Shown here piece after piece: positions 43,840-58,300 of a DNA stretch of 64,000 bases (its first letter is position 1; every line of letters begins with the position of its first letter). Where the stretch lies: NCBI GenBank assembly GCA_001244265.2, contig CDLV01000019.1, forward strand, positions 620,001-684,000, given 5' to 3'. Origin of the DNA: Microbotryum violaceum (lineage: Eukaryota). The position numbers were made by a program, and so were the translations under genes. Below the pieces are notes generated by a model. It was not told the DNA's origin, made no database searches, and was given only the letters and a program-made list of their open reading frames with translations.

Positions 43840-45023
43840 GATCCCGCCGCCGCCACCGCCGTACGCGTTGGGGGGAGGCTGCGGTTGCTTGGAGCCGTCT
43901 GCGCCGGAGAAAGTAGAGTGTTTGAGTTGACATTGAGTACGATGGCGTGGGTGCGAGGGGTCGGTTTGTGGCGTGGCGAGGTGAAGCGCCGGAAGTGGTG
44001 GCGTGTGGAGTTTCGGGTGGCGTGTGGAGTTTCGGAGTGCGAATCAAGTCAGCTCAAAGGTGCTGCTACGTGTATGGCCTATGTGCCGATCCCCCATCAT
44101 TCACTCCTCGGCGGATCTGGACGCCCGTTACGCTGTGTGCTCATCACGAGCTCACTCGTCGTCCTGGCCACCTCGCAGCATGCTCGTCACTCGATTTTTT
44201 TCTCTCGTGTTCGTCGCGCGATGGCGTTGAAGGATTCGACTTGAGCTTGGGGTTCGGCTTGGCATTCCTTCTCCTTCACCGACCGACCGCGCGAACGTCA
44301 TCGAGCGAGATCAAGGGAGGAGAGACCCCATCGTCCTGGGACTAGAGCAGACGTAAGATGACTCACAGTATTGCTGACTTGCCATGACTGTAATCCGGAG
44401 TGGGATGGACGAGGGTGCTAGGTGTGAGTCAGGAAGAACTAACGAGATAGAGGCTGGCTTCGGAACGGCCGCTAGCCGCCGCTGCGCCGCGCCTCGGTCA
44501 GTCCTCGGTGGCTTCGGTTCCTTGAAGGCCGAATCGGCTTTGACCGCGGCACCAAATTGGGCGAATTATGCCGCGCCTGCTGGTGGCAGCGACGAGCTGA
44601 GGCAGTGCTACCGAGATTGAACGGAGGTCAAACAAATAGGAGGAGGTATGGAGAGGGGGGGTGGGGGGGTGGTACTTAGAGTATCAATTCGAGAAAAGAG
44701 CAGAGAGGTGTGCGAGGGCCACTGAGATGAAATTGTGCGACTCGGGGCGTATATCGCTTCGGCGCCCTCTCCTGTTTGGCTTTCCAAGTTGAAGCCCTCG
44801 GCTCGTTGCCGAACCTGCCTGTGGTCAAATTTCAGGTCTGCAGAAGGAATCCAAAAAGCGAGAAGACTTGAATCAAGTTCTAGAGTGTGATATCCGCAAG
44901 AGTTGGGTGTCAAAAAATTACCCGTTCCGACCTGAGACTCGGAAGCGCGCGCGCGACTGCAGTGTGTTCGGGGGGGGGTTGACGCGTCTGCTTCGACGAC
45001 GCTTTCAACAGTCGCACTTGCAC

Positions 45024-45495
45024 ATGACGCGGCGCACTTCGACCCCGTCTACATCGACAACCTCTCAGGTCGATGTCGATTCTACGAGCACGAGTGCTGG
45101 GGAAGCGACGGGACGGGGTCGACGTATTCGCAAGCCGACTCGACGCGACGACGAGCTGGTGCAGACTGGCACCACGAGGAGCGCGCTTACTGCCGCTGCG
45201 ATAGGCACCGCGGTACAACCTTTGGCGAGTAGGTCGACGGCTGGGACGACCAAGGTCAAGAGGGGGAGGTCGAGAAAGGTCGTTGTCCCACCTCAGGAGC
45301 AGCAGCAGCCGTTGATCGAACGGCCCGACGTTGAGGATGCGCACGACTCGCAGCCAATGGTCAAGTCCGCTTCGATCGTCGCCCAACAACCCGTCGAGAT
45401 ACCCAACCTCATCAAGCCCATCGTCGAGGTCGTACTCAAGCCTATGCACGACACTTCACCGTCGTCGCCTCCTCCTCCTCCTCCTCGATCTCCTC

Positions 45496-45534
<39 letters not shown>

Positions 45535-47552
45535 ACATCGCACCACAGCCCAAACAACCCGTTGCACCATCCTCACCACCACCCCTCATCAAACCAACAG
45601 AAGTCATCATACTACCCGCGACCTCGTCCTCCCAACCGGACCTCCAACTTACGGCTGTACCCCAGCCCAAGCCCAAGCCGATCGCAAGAGCTCATCTCCC
45701 TCCACCTCCCTCGCAGTCCCACCACCACCACCATGACTCGGATTCAGACGAGGTCGACGACTTTTTCATGAAGAGGAGAACCGCACCTATCGCTTCGAGG
45801 GCTCCACATAATTCGGCTGCGGCGGGAGCGAAGGATAGGAGAGCACCTATGAGGAGACCGGGTGGGGGGACGCTCAACCATTCGGCTGGTTTGGAACCCG
45901 AGGCGGCGAATGCGAAAGCTGGGCCTTCGACGAGTTAGTAGATCCCCGAATGTGTTTCATGTGATACAGGTGTGTCTCTCGTCTGACGAAAGTTTTTTGG
46001 TGTGTGTGGTTCAGGTAAATCACCAGTCAGGAAATACCTCTCCCCTCGACCGTCCTCAACTCCACCTCCTTTACCTTCCGATTACTCGGAGTCGTCGTCC
46101 TCTTCTTCTTCTTCCGACATTGAATTCATCCAGGATCCAGGAGACCCCGCTCTTGAATTTGGTCATCGTAAAATCAACTTACCTTCCTGGGCTAGGCAAT
46201 CTTCACCGGGTAAAATCCACGGTAACAAAAAGAGGGATCGCTCAATCTCGACTGTACCGCCGCCGCCGTTGGCCGAGGTGAAGGGGAAATGGAAAGGCAA
46301 GGCAAGGGCTGAGCAGAGGGATAGTAGTAGTGATGGGTTCTTTATCGCGAGGGACGAAGATGCGGACGATGTGGGAGCTAGAAAGAGGAAGAGGAAGGAG
46401 GGGGGGAGGGGGTATAGTCCTTCGAGTACGGGAAGGAGTAGGAGTTCAAGTCGTAGCTTGACGCCGCCGGAGGAAGTGTCGAGTGAGGTGTTGCAGCAGA
46501 TTATACGGGCGGCTCAGTGAGTGCTCGAAATACTAAAGGCACGGTAGGGGCTGGGCTCTCCCTGACGGAACTGATTTTTTTCTTTGCGTAGTGGCGAACT
46601 CGGCGCTTCGCTCGCTTTCAATTCCTCCCCTTCAAAAGACGACGAGCGCTCACGCCACTCCTCCGTCGATTCCACCGATGCGGACCTACCTTCCGAGATG
46701 CACGAGCTACGACCAAAACATTCCCTCCTCGCCCCGACGCAGGATCCCACGGACGCCATTGCCCACAGCGCACACGAACTCGATGTCGTCGCTTCTTCGG
46801 AAATGATCGTGTTGGTGATTAGGTTCGCGATCGAACTGGACGTCACTGCTTCGGCGAGCGCGACACTTTGGACTCAACCTTGGTTGATGAACCTTGGTTC
46901 GAACGCGCAGTTTGGAGAGGTTTTTAAGAGTATTTCGAGGAGGTATGGGGTTGCGGAGGACGATTTGGTTTTGACTTTTAGAGGGAGACGCGTTTATAGG
47001 TTTGGGACGCCGAGGAGCTTGAAGATGTGTGCTGGAGGGGAGGAGAATGAGCTACGGGTTTATCGGGTCGAGTTGTGGGAGGAAGTTGAGGAGTTGAGGA
47101 GGAGAAGGGTAGGGGTCGAAGCGGAGCGAGAGAAGGCGGTGCAGGATGGTCGGACTAGGTTAGGTGGGGAACAACTGCTGCTGAGTGAGGGAGATGATCA
47201 GGATGAGGCCGAACTCGTCGGAAGTAACGGTCAAGTGAGCATGCGATCTTCACCTCTCCCGGACCTTCCTTCATCGACAACGCCAGCTCGAGAACCCGAT
47301 TCGCCAGATCAGGATCAACTCATTCGTCTCACCGTTCGAGGAGGCCCTAAATCTTCTTTCGGTTTCGCCGTCAAGCCGACCTTTCCATTACGCAAGGTTT
47401 TGGCGTGGTATTGCAAGAAGGAAGGGATTGTAGATGCTAGAAGGATCGCGAAAATGTCGCTCCTATGGGATGGGGAAAAGTTGGATTTGGAGCAAACGGT
47501 CGCGGATATTGACGAGTTTGAGGATGAGGATACGTTGGACGTCAAGGGCTGA
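45024..47552 (+). CDS. Rad60/Esc2-like protein with two C-terminal SUMO-like domains
   Basis: Long disordered N-terminus; LVLTFRGRRVY..TPRSL and LLWDGEKLDLEQTVAD..EDEDTLDV. Confidence 0.75.
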
Positions 47553-47877
47553 ACTGGGGGGAAGGTTGAAGGCGTAATTTTTGTTGGTGTGGGCTATTGC
47601 CTGTGTGAATGTGAATGATAGGCATCTTTAATTCAGCTGTTCTGGTCTATGCGATCCTACGAGAGAGAGTTAGCTCGTTGTAATTTACGGCGAGAAAGAG
47701 CTAGCTCGGTCTACTTTACAGAGTACGCAATTTGATCTTGTTCCTCTTTGCATTATCTTGTCATTGCAGTCCCAATCCGAGAACCGCACCCGACGGTCGC
47801 TACGAGCAAGAAAAACCCAAGTGGCGTAAAAACGATAGACCTAGCCTAAAAAGTCAAAACTTCTCCCCCTTCCCATC

Positions 47878-50135
47878 CTAAGCCTCCTCAAGCGCATCCT
47901 CAACCTTCTCCGATGACTCGGTCAACTCCTCCGTCTGGTTCTTCTTCTCTTCTGTTGCGACACCGTTGGAGGAAGATTTGGCCTCGGCGGCTTTGATCTT
48001 CTTCTCAACTGCGGCGACGCGTTCTTTCGTTACGCGATCTTGGTTGTCAACGAGGTACTTTTTCTTCGTTTCCAAGGCTTCGATCGTCGATGGTACGTCG
48101 GAGAGGGTCAGAGGGGCGGGAATACCGAGGGTCAATAAAGCTGAGAGGGTACCGAAGGGTAGGTTGAGGGCTTGTGACGAAGACGAGGACGAGGAAGCGG
48201 GGGTGTCCCCTTCGGTCACGGCTCCGTTCGTCGCAGTGAATTTTTTAACGTTGTTACCTCCTCCCTTCTTCTTCGACTTGCCTCCAAAACCACCCCACGA
48301 TTCTTCCTCTTGATCACTCTTCTTCTTCAACGCGACCGCACCAGCGGGAGGACCCTCTTCGACCTTCCTCAATTCCAAAGCCTTGACACCGGCGATCGCC
48401 GAACGCTCGTACAAAGGCGTCGAGTTACCCAAAGTGCCATTCGAAGAAACGTTTCCAATCCGTTTATTGAACGAATTGATGAGGTTAAGACAATCCTCAA
48501 TCTCGCGTTCAAAAGCAGGAGCTTGCGCTTCTTCGAGAAGGCGAAGGTTGATCTCGTTGCGTTTGGCATCTTCGTTCGCTTTGCGTTCGGCTTGGAAACG
48601 TTCTTGGCGTTTTTGGCGATCGTCGTGCATTTTTTGGTCTGGAACGATTGTACCAAGGAGTCGAGGGCCGGGGGGTTAGGAAAAGGTGACGGGGGTGTTT
48701 GGAAGCGCGTCGGCCGACTCACAATACTTGTCATTGGCCTCCCTGTAAGCTAACGCCGAGGCCTTCTTCTTGTCATAGACCTCATCCAATTGTTTCGAAA
48801 TCGCATTCCGTTCCTCAAACAAGGCGTCCCTACCCTTGGAAACTTCATCATGCTGCTTATTAATCTCATCCAACTCGGCGCGAACCTCGTTAATCTTGTC
48901 CTGGTTTGCCTTAGTCTCGGGTGAATCCATCGTAGCGCGAATTTCTTCAATCTTCTTCCTCTCCTCATCGATAGCGACTTGTTGCGTAGAGAAGGATTCA
49001 ACGTTCTTGCGAGCTTTTTTAAGGTTAGAGATTTCTTGGAGTGCTTTTTTTTCGTCGACGAGTTTCATCGTTCCGGATTCGACTTGGCGTTCGAGAGATC
49101 TGCAAGGGGGGAGGGGAGCAGTGCGGGTTAGAGTCGTAGAAAGTATGGAGGGCAAGAAGGAGAGAGAGAGCTCACTTGATTTGGGCATCGAGTTCGGTGA
49201 CGGACTTGAAAGGTGCCTTGGACTTGGCGGCTTGCAACTCTTTGATCTACGATGGACCAAACGAGAAGGTCAATAGGTGAGAACCCCCCTTCCCCAGTAC
49301 CGGCGACGACCGTTTACCCCCGCCCCTCCTCACTCCTCAACATCGACGTACCTTGTTGGAAACGCCATCCTGCATCGCCTTGAGTTGCTCGAACGTGTTA
49401 CCGCGTCCACCCTTGAGTTTTTGCGATTCGGCACGCAGGGTATCGAGTTGGGCACGGAGGGCGACTTTACGATCTTGGTTCGGTCCTTTACCCGACGCGG
49501 CCGCGATTCGATTCCGCACGTCCGTCTAGCAGGGTGGGGATGTTCGAAAGGGGGGGGGGGGTCAGTTTAGTTTTGGTTTCGACGTGTTGGTAGAAAGGAG
49601 GAACGAGGATAGGATACGCACGGACTTGAGTTGGAGGGCTTCGATTTGGGCCCGGAGCGTCTCTTGCTCCTTGTCGTAGGCGCTCTTGTCAGGTCGACCT
49701 GAATGGTGGTCCGCCTGAGAGACAGAGACAGATGTAGGGATGAGTCAGTCACGGGTTAGATGAAAGGAACCGGGGACGGGCTAGCTACGGGCACGAGCAC
49801 GAGTACGAGCACGCGAGCAATCGATGCCCGATTCGGACCGATCTCTCTCCATTGTTCTCCATTGTCGGGTGCTCACGCGCGGATGGATGAACGCACCTTG
49901 TCATTCAAAGGCTTGTCCACGGTCGTGAGGGTCGGATCTTGGCCTTTGGGAACGGCGGAGAGGGCCGGTTGGGAAGCGAGCCTCTTTTGAGCGGCGAGCG
50001 CTTTCTTGGTCGGTTTAGTCTCTGCCGCGCCGACGACCCTGCAGAGGGAGAGGGAAAGGAGAGAAGGGGCCAGGGTCAGGGTCAGGGTGGAGGGGAGAGT
50101 AGGAAAAAAAAAAAAAAGAGAGGGGCAACTTGCAT
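47878..50135 (-). CDS. BFR1: Nuclear segregation protein Bfr1-like coiled-coil protein
   Basis: RPDKSAYDKEQ, VESGTMKLVDEKKALQEISNL, PAFEREIEDC, LVDNQDRVTKE; start inferred. Confidence 0.78.
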
Positions 50136-50715
50136 TTTTTTTGGAGGAGAGGGTGGAGGGGAGTGGGGGTTGAAAGAGAGGAAGCAAAAGAGTGAGGTAC
50201 CTGCGCGACGGCAAGACACGTCAACGACCCGCCCGGCCTGGCGAGCGCGACCGACCGCCTGGTGCAGTTCGGCCAGGCTCAGCCACAGCAGCTGCACAGC
50301 TAGCACAGCTCCTCATAGCGCGTACACTGCCAGTCCGGTGCCGGCACTGCCCGCTCGATCACGCGGCAAGGCCAGTGAGTCGTACATACTGAATAGTCGA
50401 GAGCGCTCGAGCGGATCAGGATTCTTGATCGAGTGGCAAAGGCATGCTTGCACTTGCAGTATATTTTGGATGAAACCAGACTTGCTTCAAAACTAGTGCC
50501 AGTTTATTACGTTGACCGAGCCATTACGAGTCGCCATTAAAATGTCCCATGTCGAGATCCGGGTGGCTGCCCGCCCGCTTGCCGCTTGCCGCTTACCGCT
50601 TGCCGCTTACCGCTCGCTGTTGTTGCTGCTGCTGCTGCTTCGTCGATACACCCACCCACCCACGCGCGCAAACCCACAACATCTTTCTTTCTCCCTCCCC
50701 CAAAAGCGACCCTCC

Positions 50716-52575
50716 ATGTTGGCCCGAACAGCTGCGCGCACCTTGTTGCGATCACGCAATGTGAGTTCCTTCTTCTCTTAAGCCTGCGCCTGTTGACCCG
50801 CCCGCGGAGCCAATCGGAGCCACGACGAATTCCCGCCCGTCGCACGTCGCCCGCCCCGCCCCGGCTCAGCACACACGCCCACCGTCTCCACGTCCCTCTG
50901 CACCCTCACCACATCCTTTTCGCATGCAGGGGACCCAAGCAAGCGATAGATGCAGAGTGGCCTGCGGTGTAGGGCGAGCGTGCCAGCGGTCCAGTGTGCA
51001 GTTACGCTCCTGACTACTCCCACACGATCACTCCCACAACACCCATAGCAAATCACCGTCACCCGACCCGTTCCTGCACTCACACGCCACCTTTGATTCG
51101 CCCAGGTGATCGGTGCCCGCTCGTTGGCCACGGCCGTGTCGTCGCCGCTGACGCAGATCTCGACCCTGCCCAACGGCCTCACCGTCGCGACCGAGGCTCA
51201 CCCTCACGCCTCCACCGCCACCGTAGGCGTTTGGATCGACGCCGGATCCCGTGCCGAGACCGACAAGACCTCCGGAACGGCCCACTTTCTCGAACACATG
51301 GCCTTCAAGGGTACTGCCAAGCGCTCCCAGCACCAACTCGAGCTCGAGGTAGAGAACTTGGGCGCCCACCTCAACGCCTACACCTCCCGCGAACAGACCG
51401 TCTACTACGCCAAGTCGTTCCGACACGACGTAGGCAAGTCCGTCGAGATCATCTCGGACATTCTACAGGCGTCCAAGCTCGAGTCCAATGCGATCGAGCG
51501 CGAGCGCGACGTCATCCTTCGCGAACAAGAGGAGGTCGACAAGCAGTTGGAGGAGGTCGTCTTTGACCATTTGCACGCCGTCGCTTTCCAGGGTGCGTGC
51601 AGCGGCAGAGCATAGAATATCTGCGGTAGTGCGAGTGCTGATGGGCTGGATTTCGGTGTGATTACTTCCTTCTGGGCAGGCCAACCACTCGGACGAACGA
51701 TCCTCGGCCCCAAGGAAAACATCCTCTCGATCCAACGCGACGACCTCGCGTCCTACATCAAGACCAACTACCTCGCCGACCGCATGGTCCTCGTCGGCAC
51801 CGGCGGCGTAGAGCACTCGGCGCTCGTCGACCTCGCTCAGCAGCACTTTGGCTCGCTGCCCGTCTCGGCGAACCCGCTACAGCTCGGCCGCGCCAACTCG
51901 TCGACGCAGACCCACGCCGGCAAGGCTCCGTCGCAGTTCATCGGATCCGAAGTGCGAGTGCGCGACGACACGATGGCGACGGCGAACTTTGCGATCGCCG
52001 TCGAGGGTGTCGGCTGGAACTCGCCCGACTATTACCCGATGCTGGTGATGCAGTCCATCTTTGGTAACTGGGACCGCTCGCTCGGCTCAGCGTCATTGCT
52101 CTCTTCCAAGCTGTCGCATATCATCGCCGAGAATAACCTCGCCAACTCGTTCATGTCGTTCTCCACCTCCTACTCGGATACCGGTCTTTGGGGGATTTAC
52201 TTTGTTTCCGAGAATCTGATGAACCTAGACGACTTGACGCACTTTACTTTGAAGGAATGGCAACGCATGTCAACCTCGCCTGCGGAAGGGGAGGTCGAAC
52301 GCGCCAAGTCGCAACTCAAGGCTTCGCTCTTGTTGGGTCTGGACGGCACGACCGCCGTCGCGGAGGACATTGGTCGTCAACTGATCACGAGCGGGAAGAG
52401 GTTGACGCCACAGGAGATCGAAGCTGCGATCGATAGCGTTGACGTGGGTGAGATTCAGAGGGTCGCGCAAAAGTATTTGTGGGATAAGGATTTCGCTTTG
52501 GCTGCTGTTGGAAGGGTCGAGGGTTTGGCGGATTACTCGAGGATGAGAGCGGGGATGAGCTCGTTGCTTTGGTAG
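50716..52575 (+). CDS. MAS1: Mitochondrial processing peptidase beta subunit
   Basis: Arg-rich presequence, [22 protein letters not shown] (HXXEH), [18 protein letters not shown]. Confidence 0.95.
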
Positions 52576-53332
52576 ATTTTATTCAGAGGGAGCGCGGGAT
52601 CGGCGTTCGAGTTGATGTGGTAGATGCATTGTGGGGAATTTGAAAATCGAAGGGCTATGATATATTTTGGGGGGGGGGGGATGGGGGGACGTCATCGAAT
52701 TGATCTTTGACTAAGAGAGTCTTTTGGGGCACCCTTTTAGTGACAGTGCTATTAAGCCACCCGAACTTGTTTCAATCGAGCGCTCTCTTTTTCGACGAGT
52801 CGAGCGCTCTGCATACCGAGTGGCTCGTTCGAGCAGCGGATGCGATGCAAAACTGATAGGTGAGTCCTCCCTCTTTTTTTTTTTGGATGCCATTCGGGCC
52901 CCTTCTTCCCGGAGAGTGAGACTGATGTGCAAATCCCGTCTTCGATTGCCGAAGTTCGGACCTTTGCCGAACGCACTCGTCATCTTCGCCCTCGCCAGTC
53001 CTCTCGCAAGACAGGCGCCTCATTCTCACTTGCGCTATCCGCCTTGAACTCAACCGGACCATCACCGCGACGAGGGCGACAAAAGACGACGGCGTGCTTT
53101 ATTGAGCTTTGTCTCGTGTATTGCCCTCCCCACTCGAGGGATCGTCACCTCGGCGAGGCGTTGGCGTGGAAGCCGTTAACCGTTCGAACCGTCATCACGG
53201 CTGGTTGTCGATCGTAGACGATCAAGTGAGCCTGTCACACGAGCATCTACGACACCCCACTACTTCAAAAGTACTACTTGCCTCGTGCACCCTTCGGCGC
53301 GGCTGTCACACCCCGTCGTGACTCTTTTTACC

Positions 53333-56107
53333 ATGTCGTTCAATTTCGAATGGCCCGAATTCAGTCCCGAGTTTTACGAATCAGCCAAGGAGATTCTAGC
53401 TCAGGTGTGTGGGGCGTCGTACCGACTTGGGGTGATCCATCGTGCGTGTTTAACTCACCTTCTTTCAATCGTGGTGACCAGGCACTCAACAAGGGTGAAA
53501 CACCGCCGATCATCGCTGATAGGATCGAGGTCAAGGAATTGAACATGGGCACCATCGTACGCTTTATAGACCCAAACTCGGGGTTCATCATCACGCAGCT
53601 GTGTATCTGACCAAAACGCTTTTGTTACACAGCCCCCCGAGTTGGAGATACTTGAAATTGGGGACCTCTCGACCGATCGCTTCAGAGGCATCTTTCGCTT
53701 GAGTTATTCGGGCAATGCGTACATCGTCTTGCAAACCAAGGTCCAGGTCAGTTTCAGTTCGGAGCGCAAAAAGGAAACGTAAACTCAGGAAAATAACTTT
53801 TGACGAATCTCGCACCTCGCACACTCCTCCGCTCGACGACGACAGGCGAACCCACTTAACGTGCCCCGACCGGCGCTAGACATCCTAGGCACCCCTCGCA
53901 TCCTCTTTGCCGCCGCTCCCCTAGTCGTTCCCATGACCTTGCGACTCTCCAACCTCTCCCTCCGAGCGATCGTCGTCCTCGTCGTCTCGAGACAAAAAGG
54001 TATCACCCTAGTCTTCAAGAACGATCCACTCGAAGCGGTGAACGTTTCTTCCTCTTTCGACGGCGTCGATTCCGTCGCCGGTTACATTCAACGTGAAATT
54101 GAAGCGCAACTTAGAGAAGCTTTTCGTTCGGATTTACCGAGCGTGATTCATAGGTTATCGCAAAAATGGTTGTCCGGGGAGGTTCAATCTGCTTCGGGGG
54201 GAATTGCGTTGTCTGGATTCAAGAGGAAGGGAAGGTCGAATGGGTTCAGCAAGGATGCTACGATACAAACTCGTACAACGGTTGGTACGGGGGAGAAGAT
54301 GAGGACTAGGGCGTTGACGACCAGGTTGGGAGATTTGAACTTGGACGTTGATAAGGCTGAGAGCGTCGAGTATCGTTCGGAGGCGGGCGCGACGAGTTAT
54401 ACGACGCTCGGAGGGAAAGAGACCCATTCGGAGACGAGCGGAGGTCTCGGGGGCAACCGCGATCGAACGGCGGCTACGTCGAGGAGGAGGCCGAAAGCAC
54501 ATGCCAGATCCAGCTCGTTCGCACCTTCTTCGACGTCGATCTTGGACGTGCTCGATTCGGTGCCCGAGTCGATCGAGAACTACGACCCGACTTACGGACC
54601 TCGACCCGAGTCGGCACCGCAAAACACCGGCTTTGCGAATTATAAACGCGTGGTTCGGACGGGCGCGAGTGGAAGAGGATTGGGGGACGTGTTGGACGAG
54701 CAAGGGGAAGAGGACTCGGACTCGTTCGACTATGAAATCGTGGGGATGCCCGATCTCGACGACGTCAGCGATCCCAAGTGGGGAAATGGGGGGTCGCATC
54801 TCGATCGACATCACGGCTACGACGATGAGCAAGACGACGATCTTGATTTTGACGATTTGGATCCCGAACACCCTCGACATCGGTACGAGACGATCCCTGC
54901 AGTCGGAGGTGGAACGATCACTCGACCTCGCGTGTTTCACACCCAGTCGCAGATGCGCACGCGAACGTTCAGTCAAGGCTCATTGACGGCGCACGGCAGC
55001 CCCTCGACGACGGCCGCGACCGCTCGAGCTCGATTGGGGCGCATTTCGACCGAATCGATCGCGAGCGATCCGTTCGGTTCGCCACCTGATCATCCGTCTC
55101 ATGGAGCTGGCGTGCTGGACACGTTGCGACTTTATGGAGCGGGGACGGCTTCAATCGCGGGCGCATCTTCGGCTCGGTTTCCGTTTCCGAAATTATCTTC
55201 GTCAACGTCGGCTGCGAACCGAGAGCGGACGCATCCTTCGTTGCCGAGGTCGTCGTCGGCTCCGAATGTGAGGAGGAGCGTGTTCGAGGCGCATCGATCA
55301 GCACTGTCGTCGCAGCTTTCGATGAGTGGGAGGGCGACGCGCGGTGCTTTGTCCATCGGTTCGGGATACTCGTCGTCATCTTCTTCCATCACGTCGCCGA
55401 TTATGATCGGGGAGGGACCCGATGAAGAGGAGGAGGAGGAAGAAGCGCTCGTGTACCCTCCTACTCGACCGACGCCGATCGATTTGTTGTCGTGTTCGCC
55501 TTCGTCGATCCTCAACGATTCGTACGACGATGATCTACCGATCACGCTCAACCCTGCCCACAATGAGCAGTGCGGTCATTTGACGACGCTGAATCATTCG
55601 AATTACACGCTCTCGCCGTTCACGAGGAACCACGAACACTTTACGGCACGTTCGAGGCCGTATGGGAATGTGAGAGTCAGGGCTGGAGTGGGGGGGGACG
55701 TTGCGAGCTTGGGTGAGGAGGGAGCCAAGTCGATGATCCCGATTGGGATTTCGAGGGAAGCGAATTCGGGTGCACCGATCAAGGCAAAACGGAAGAGGGT
55801 GCATCGGATCGGAGCTGCGGCAGCAGTTAGGCCTGAACGGTCCATCTCGAGTGGGATCTCGTCCGGTGCGGGATCGACTGAATCTTGGTCGAGGTCGAGG
55901 GTCTCGCCGCCGATGATGGGGGAGAGGGGGAACAGATCGTTGAATGGGTCTGTGAGTGGGAAGAGGTGGGGTGCGGATGGGATGATGACGCCTGGATTGG
56001 GCTGTGGTGGGGGGAGAATGAGGGTCGGCCGCGCACCGTCCGAATTGAGCGATTATTTCCCCAGCATGTCCGACTTGGGGAGGAGGAGTGGAGCGGTGAG
56101 GAGGTGA
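53333..56107 (+). CDS. MDM34: ERMES subunit Mdm34
   Basis: MSFNFEW..., [43 protein letters not shown]. Confidence 0.92.
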
Positions 56108-56297
56108 GGGAGCCGGATGATCTTTGAACGTTCTGTTGTTGTAATGATGATGACGCTTTCACCGAGGGCCTTGCACGCTGAGAAAGCGAATTTTTCGAAC
56201 TCGAGCGAGTCCGGCTGATGAGAGCTCATCGATCATGGTCGTCCTTCGCTCATGCCCACTCGCTCGCCTCGATCACCTACGATCTTCCGTCGCAGCC

Positions 56298-57810
56298 ATG
56301 TCAGCGCTCGCTCGTATTCCCACTCCCTCTGCTCTTCGGGCGATCCAACATGGGATTCGATACAGCCGTTGTGCTTGTACGTGTGCGGTGCGCCCCCTTG
56401 CCGCACCGCAGCCTCCTCATCATCGCCGCACGTTCATTGCTGCCCCACTTGGAGCGCGCGACTCGGCATCCGCATCGACGTCCAAGCTTGCCCCGGAGCC
56501 ACCCGCGCGCTCAGTATCGGCGAGGAGGGCGTTGCTGTATGTTCCCGGATCGAACGTCAAGATGTTGAGGAGTGCGTTGAGCAAGGGCACCAGCGACGCG
56601 TTGATCTTGGACCTCGAGGTCGGTGCCCATCCCAGTTCAGGTGCAGTCAATGTAAGCACTGCTTCGATCACTGATCCGCATCCGGTCCTTTCAAACAGGA
56701 CTCGGTTGCGACGGGCCAGAAAGGAGCGGCGAGGCAGAATGTGTTCGAGTAAGTTTTGGTCCGTGATCGGCTGCAAAAGTGGGGGCACAAAAAGTGGGGG
56801 CAATCCCGACCGGGTGCGAGCGACCGAGGACATGCGACGCAGCGATTCGGCATGTTACAGACGCTCAATTGGATCAATTATTTGTTTGTTTTCTGGTAGT
56901 GCACTCCAATCGGCCGACTCGACCCAATCGCAGCTGTTCGTGCGGATCAACTCCCCCACTCGCTCCTTTGGCTTCGATGACCTCCAAGTCGTGCTCAAAT
57001 CGTCCAACCTCCAAGGTATCGTCATCCCCAAGGTCGACACCGTCCAAGATGTCCAAGTCGTAGATCGTTGCATCTCGGAGCACGGCTTGGAAACGACAAA
57101 AGATCGGATCAAACTCATCGTCTCTGTCGAGTCGCCGCTCTCGTTGATAAACCTCAAAGAAATCGCAACCTCCTCCAACAGGATTGACGCCTTGCTCTTT
57201 GCCGCAGAAGACTATTGCGCTTCTTCCAACATCATTCGCACCGAATCGAGGCAGGAGATGCTCTTTGTTCGATCACAAATCGTCGCCGTCGCCAAGGCGT
57301 TCGGTCTCGGGGCAATCGATCTGGTTCGCACGGCGTACAAGGGGGAGACGGCAACGCAGGGGTTGAAGGAAGAGGCAACCGAGGGTCGAAGGTTGGGATT
57401 TGATGGCAAGCAGTGCATTCATCCGAACCAGGTCGAGACCGTGCAAAAGTGCTTCACCCCTTCCGAGAAAGGTGGGCACCCGCGCGAAAATTGAGCGGAG
57501 GAGGTGGGAGGCTTGTTGCTGAAACGTTTTACATGCGGGACAGACATCGAGCGAGCGACTAGAATCCTCGAACAGTACAATGTTGCGTCTTTAGGGGGAG
57601 CAGGTGCCTACGGGTTGATTGGGGAGGATGGAAACTCGGCCATGATTGATGCTCCAATGGTCAGTTCAATTGAGGATGTTTCGGGCTGATCAAGGTGGAC
57701 ACTCAGTAGTTCTTGTGCAGTGCTCTGATTTTGCTTTCAAGCTCTCATCATAGCTTCTTCAAGCAGAGAGAATACTAGCTCAGGCAAAGGCTGCTGGAGT
57801 GCTTCTATGA
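56298..57810 (+). CDS. Citrate lyase beta-like / HpcH-HpaI aldolase family protein
   Basis: RRALLYVPGS, ILDLED (spliced), VRIN, IPKV, FAAEDY, GFDGKQCIHPNQV, MIDAPM. Confidence 0.88.
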
Positions 57811-57833
57811 TGGGTGGAGGAGGAGGTTGAAGC

Positions 57834-58300
57834 TGTCAAGAATCCAATCATACCTGATTCTCGCTTGATAATATTTACTTCTTGTGCCACTACTTCACTT
57901 GCATATAGCCAAACTCCCTCACCTTTTTAGTCTTTATCCTTTGCCTGCCTGATCCCGGCGCCTGATTGAGCCTCGATTGACTCGTTGGCTTGGGTCCAAG
58001 TCGCGCGCCTCGCTGGCGCTCGTCTCTCTTCCTTCTCCAACAATCTTCCAGCCTCAATGTTGTGCTCGTACTCAACCCCTTGAGTCGGGATCCAGTCTTC
58101 CAACCTTCTAATAGGTTATGAGCCCCAAAGCCACTAGCAAAGCTTCTACAGCAGGCCCACGCGACCTCCCACCACCCTTGCCCGTCTCGCCGCCACCACT
58201 GCAGAACCCTTCAATCACTCCCCTCAGCACCGTTTCATCCTCTCTCTCCTCGCTCGGATCCTGCTTGCTTGCGTATCCTCGATTGTGCTTCCGCATTTAA
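57834..58300 (+). mobile_element. Possible Ty1/copia LTR and primer-binding-site remnant
   Basis: GGTTATGAGCCC at ~58114, a motif I recall directly following the 5' LTR in fungal copia elements; no coding remnant; limits uncertain. Confidence 0.4.

Noticed and set aside
50761-51104. Long first intron of MAS1 as a snoRNA host
   Set aside because: A CTGA is present but no convincing C box or terminal stem.
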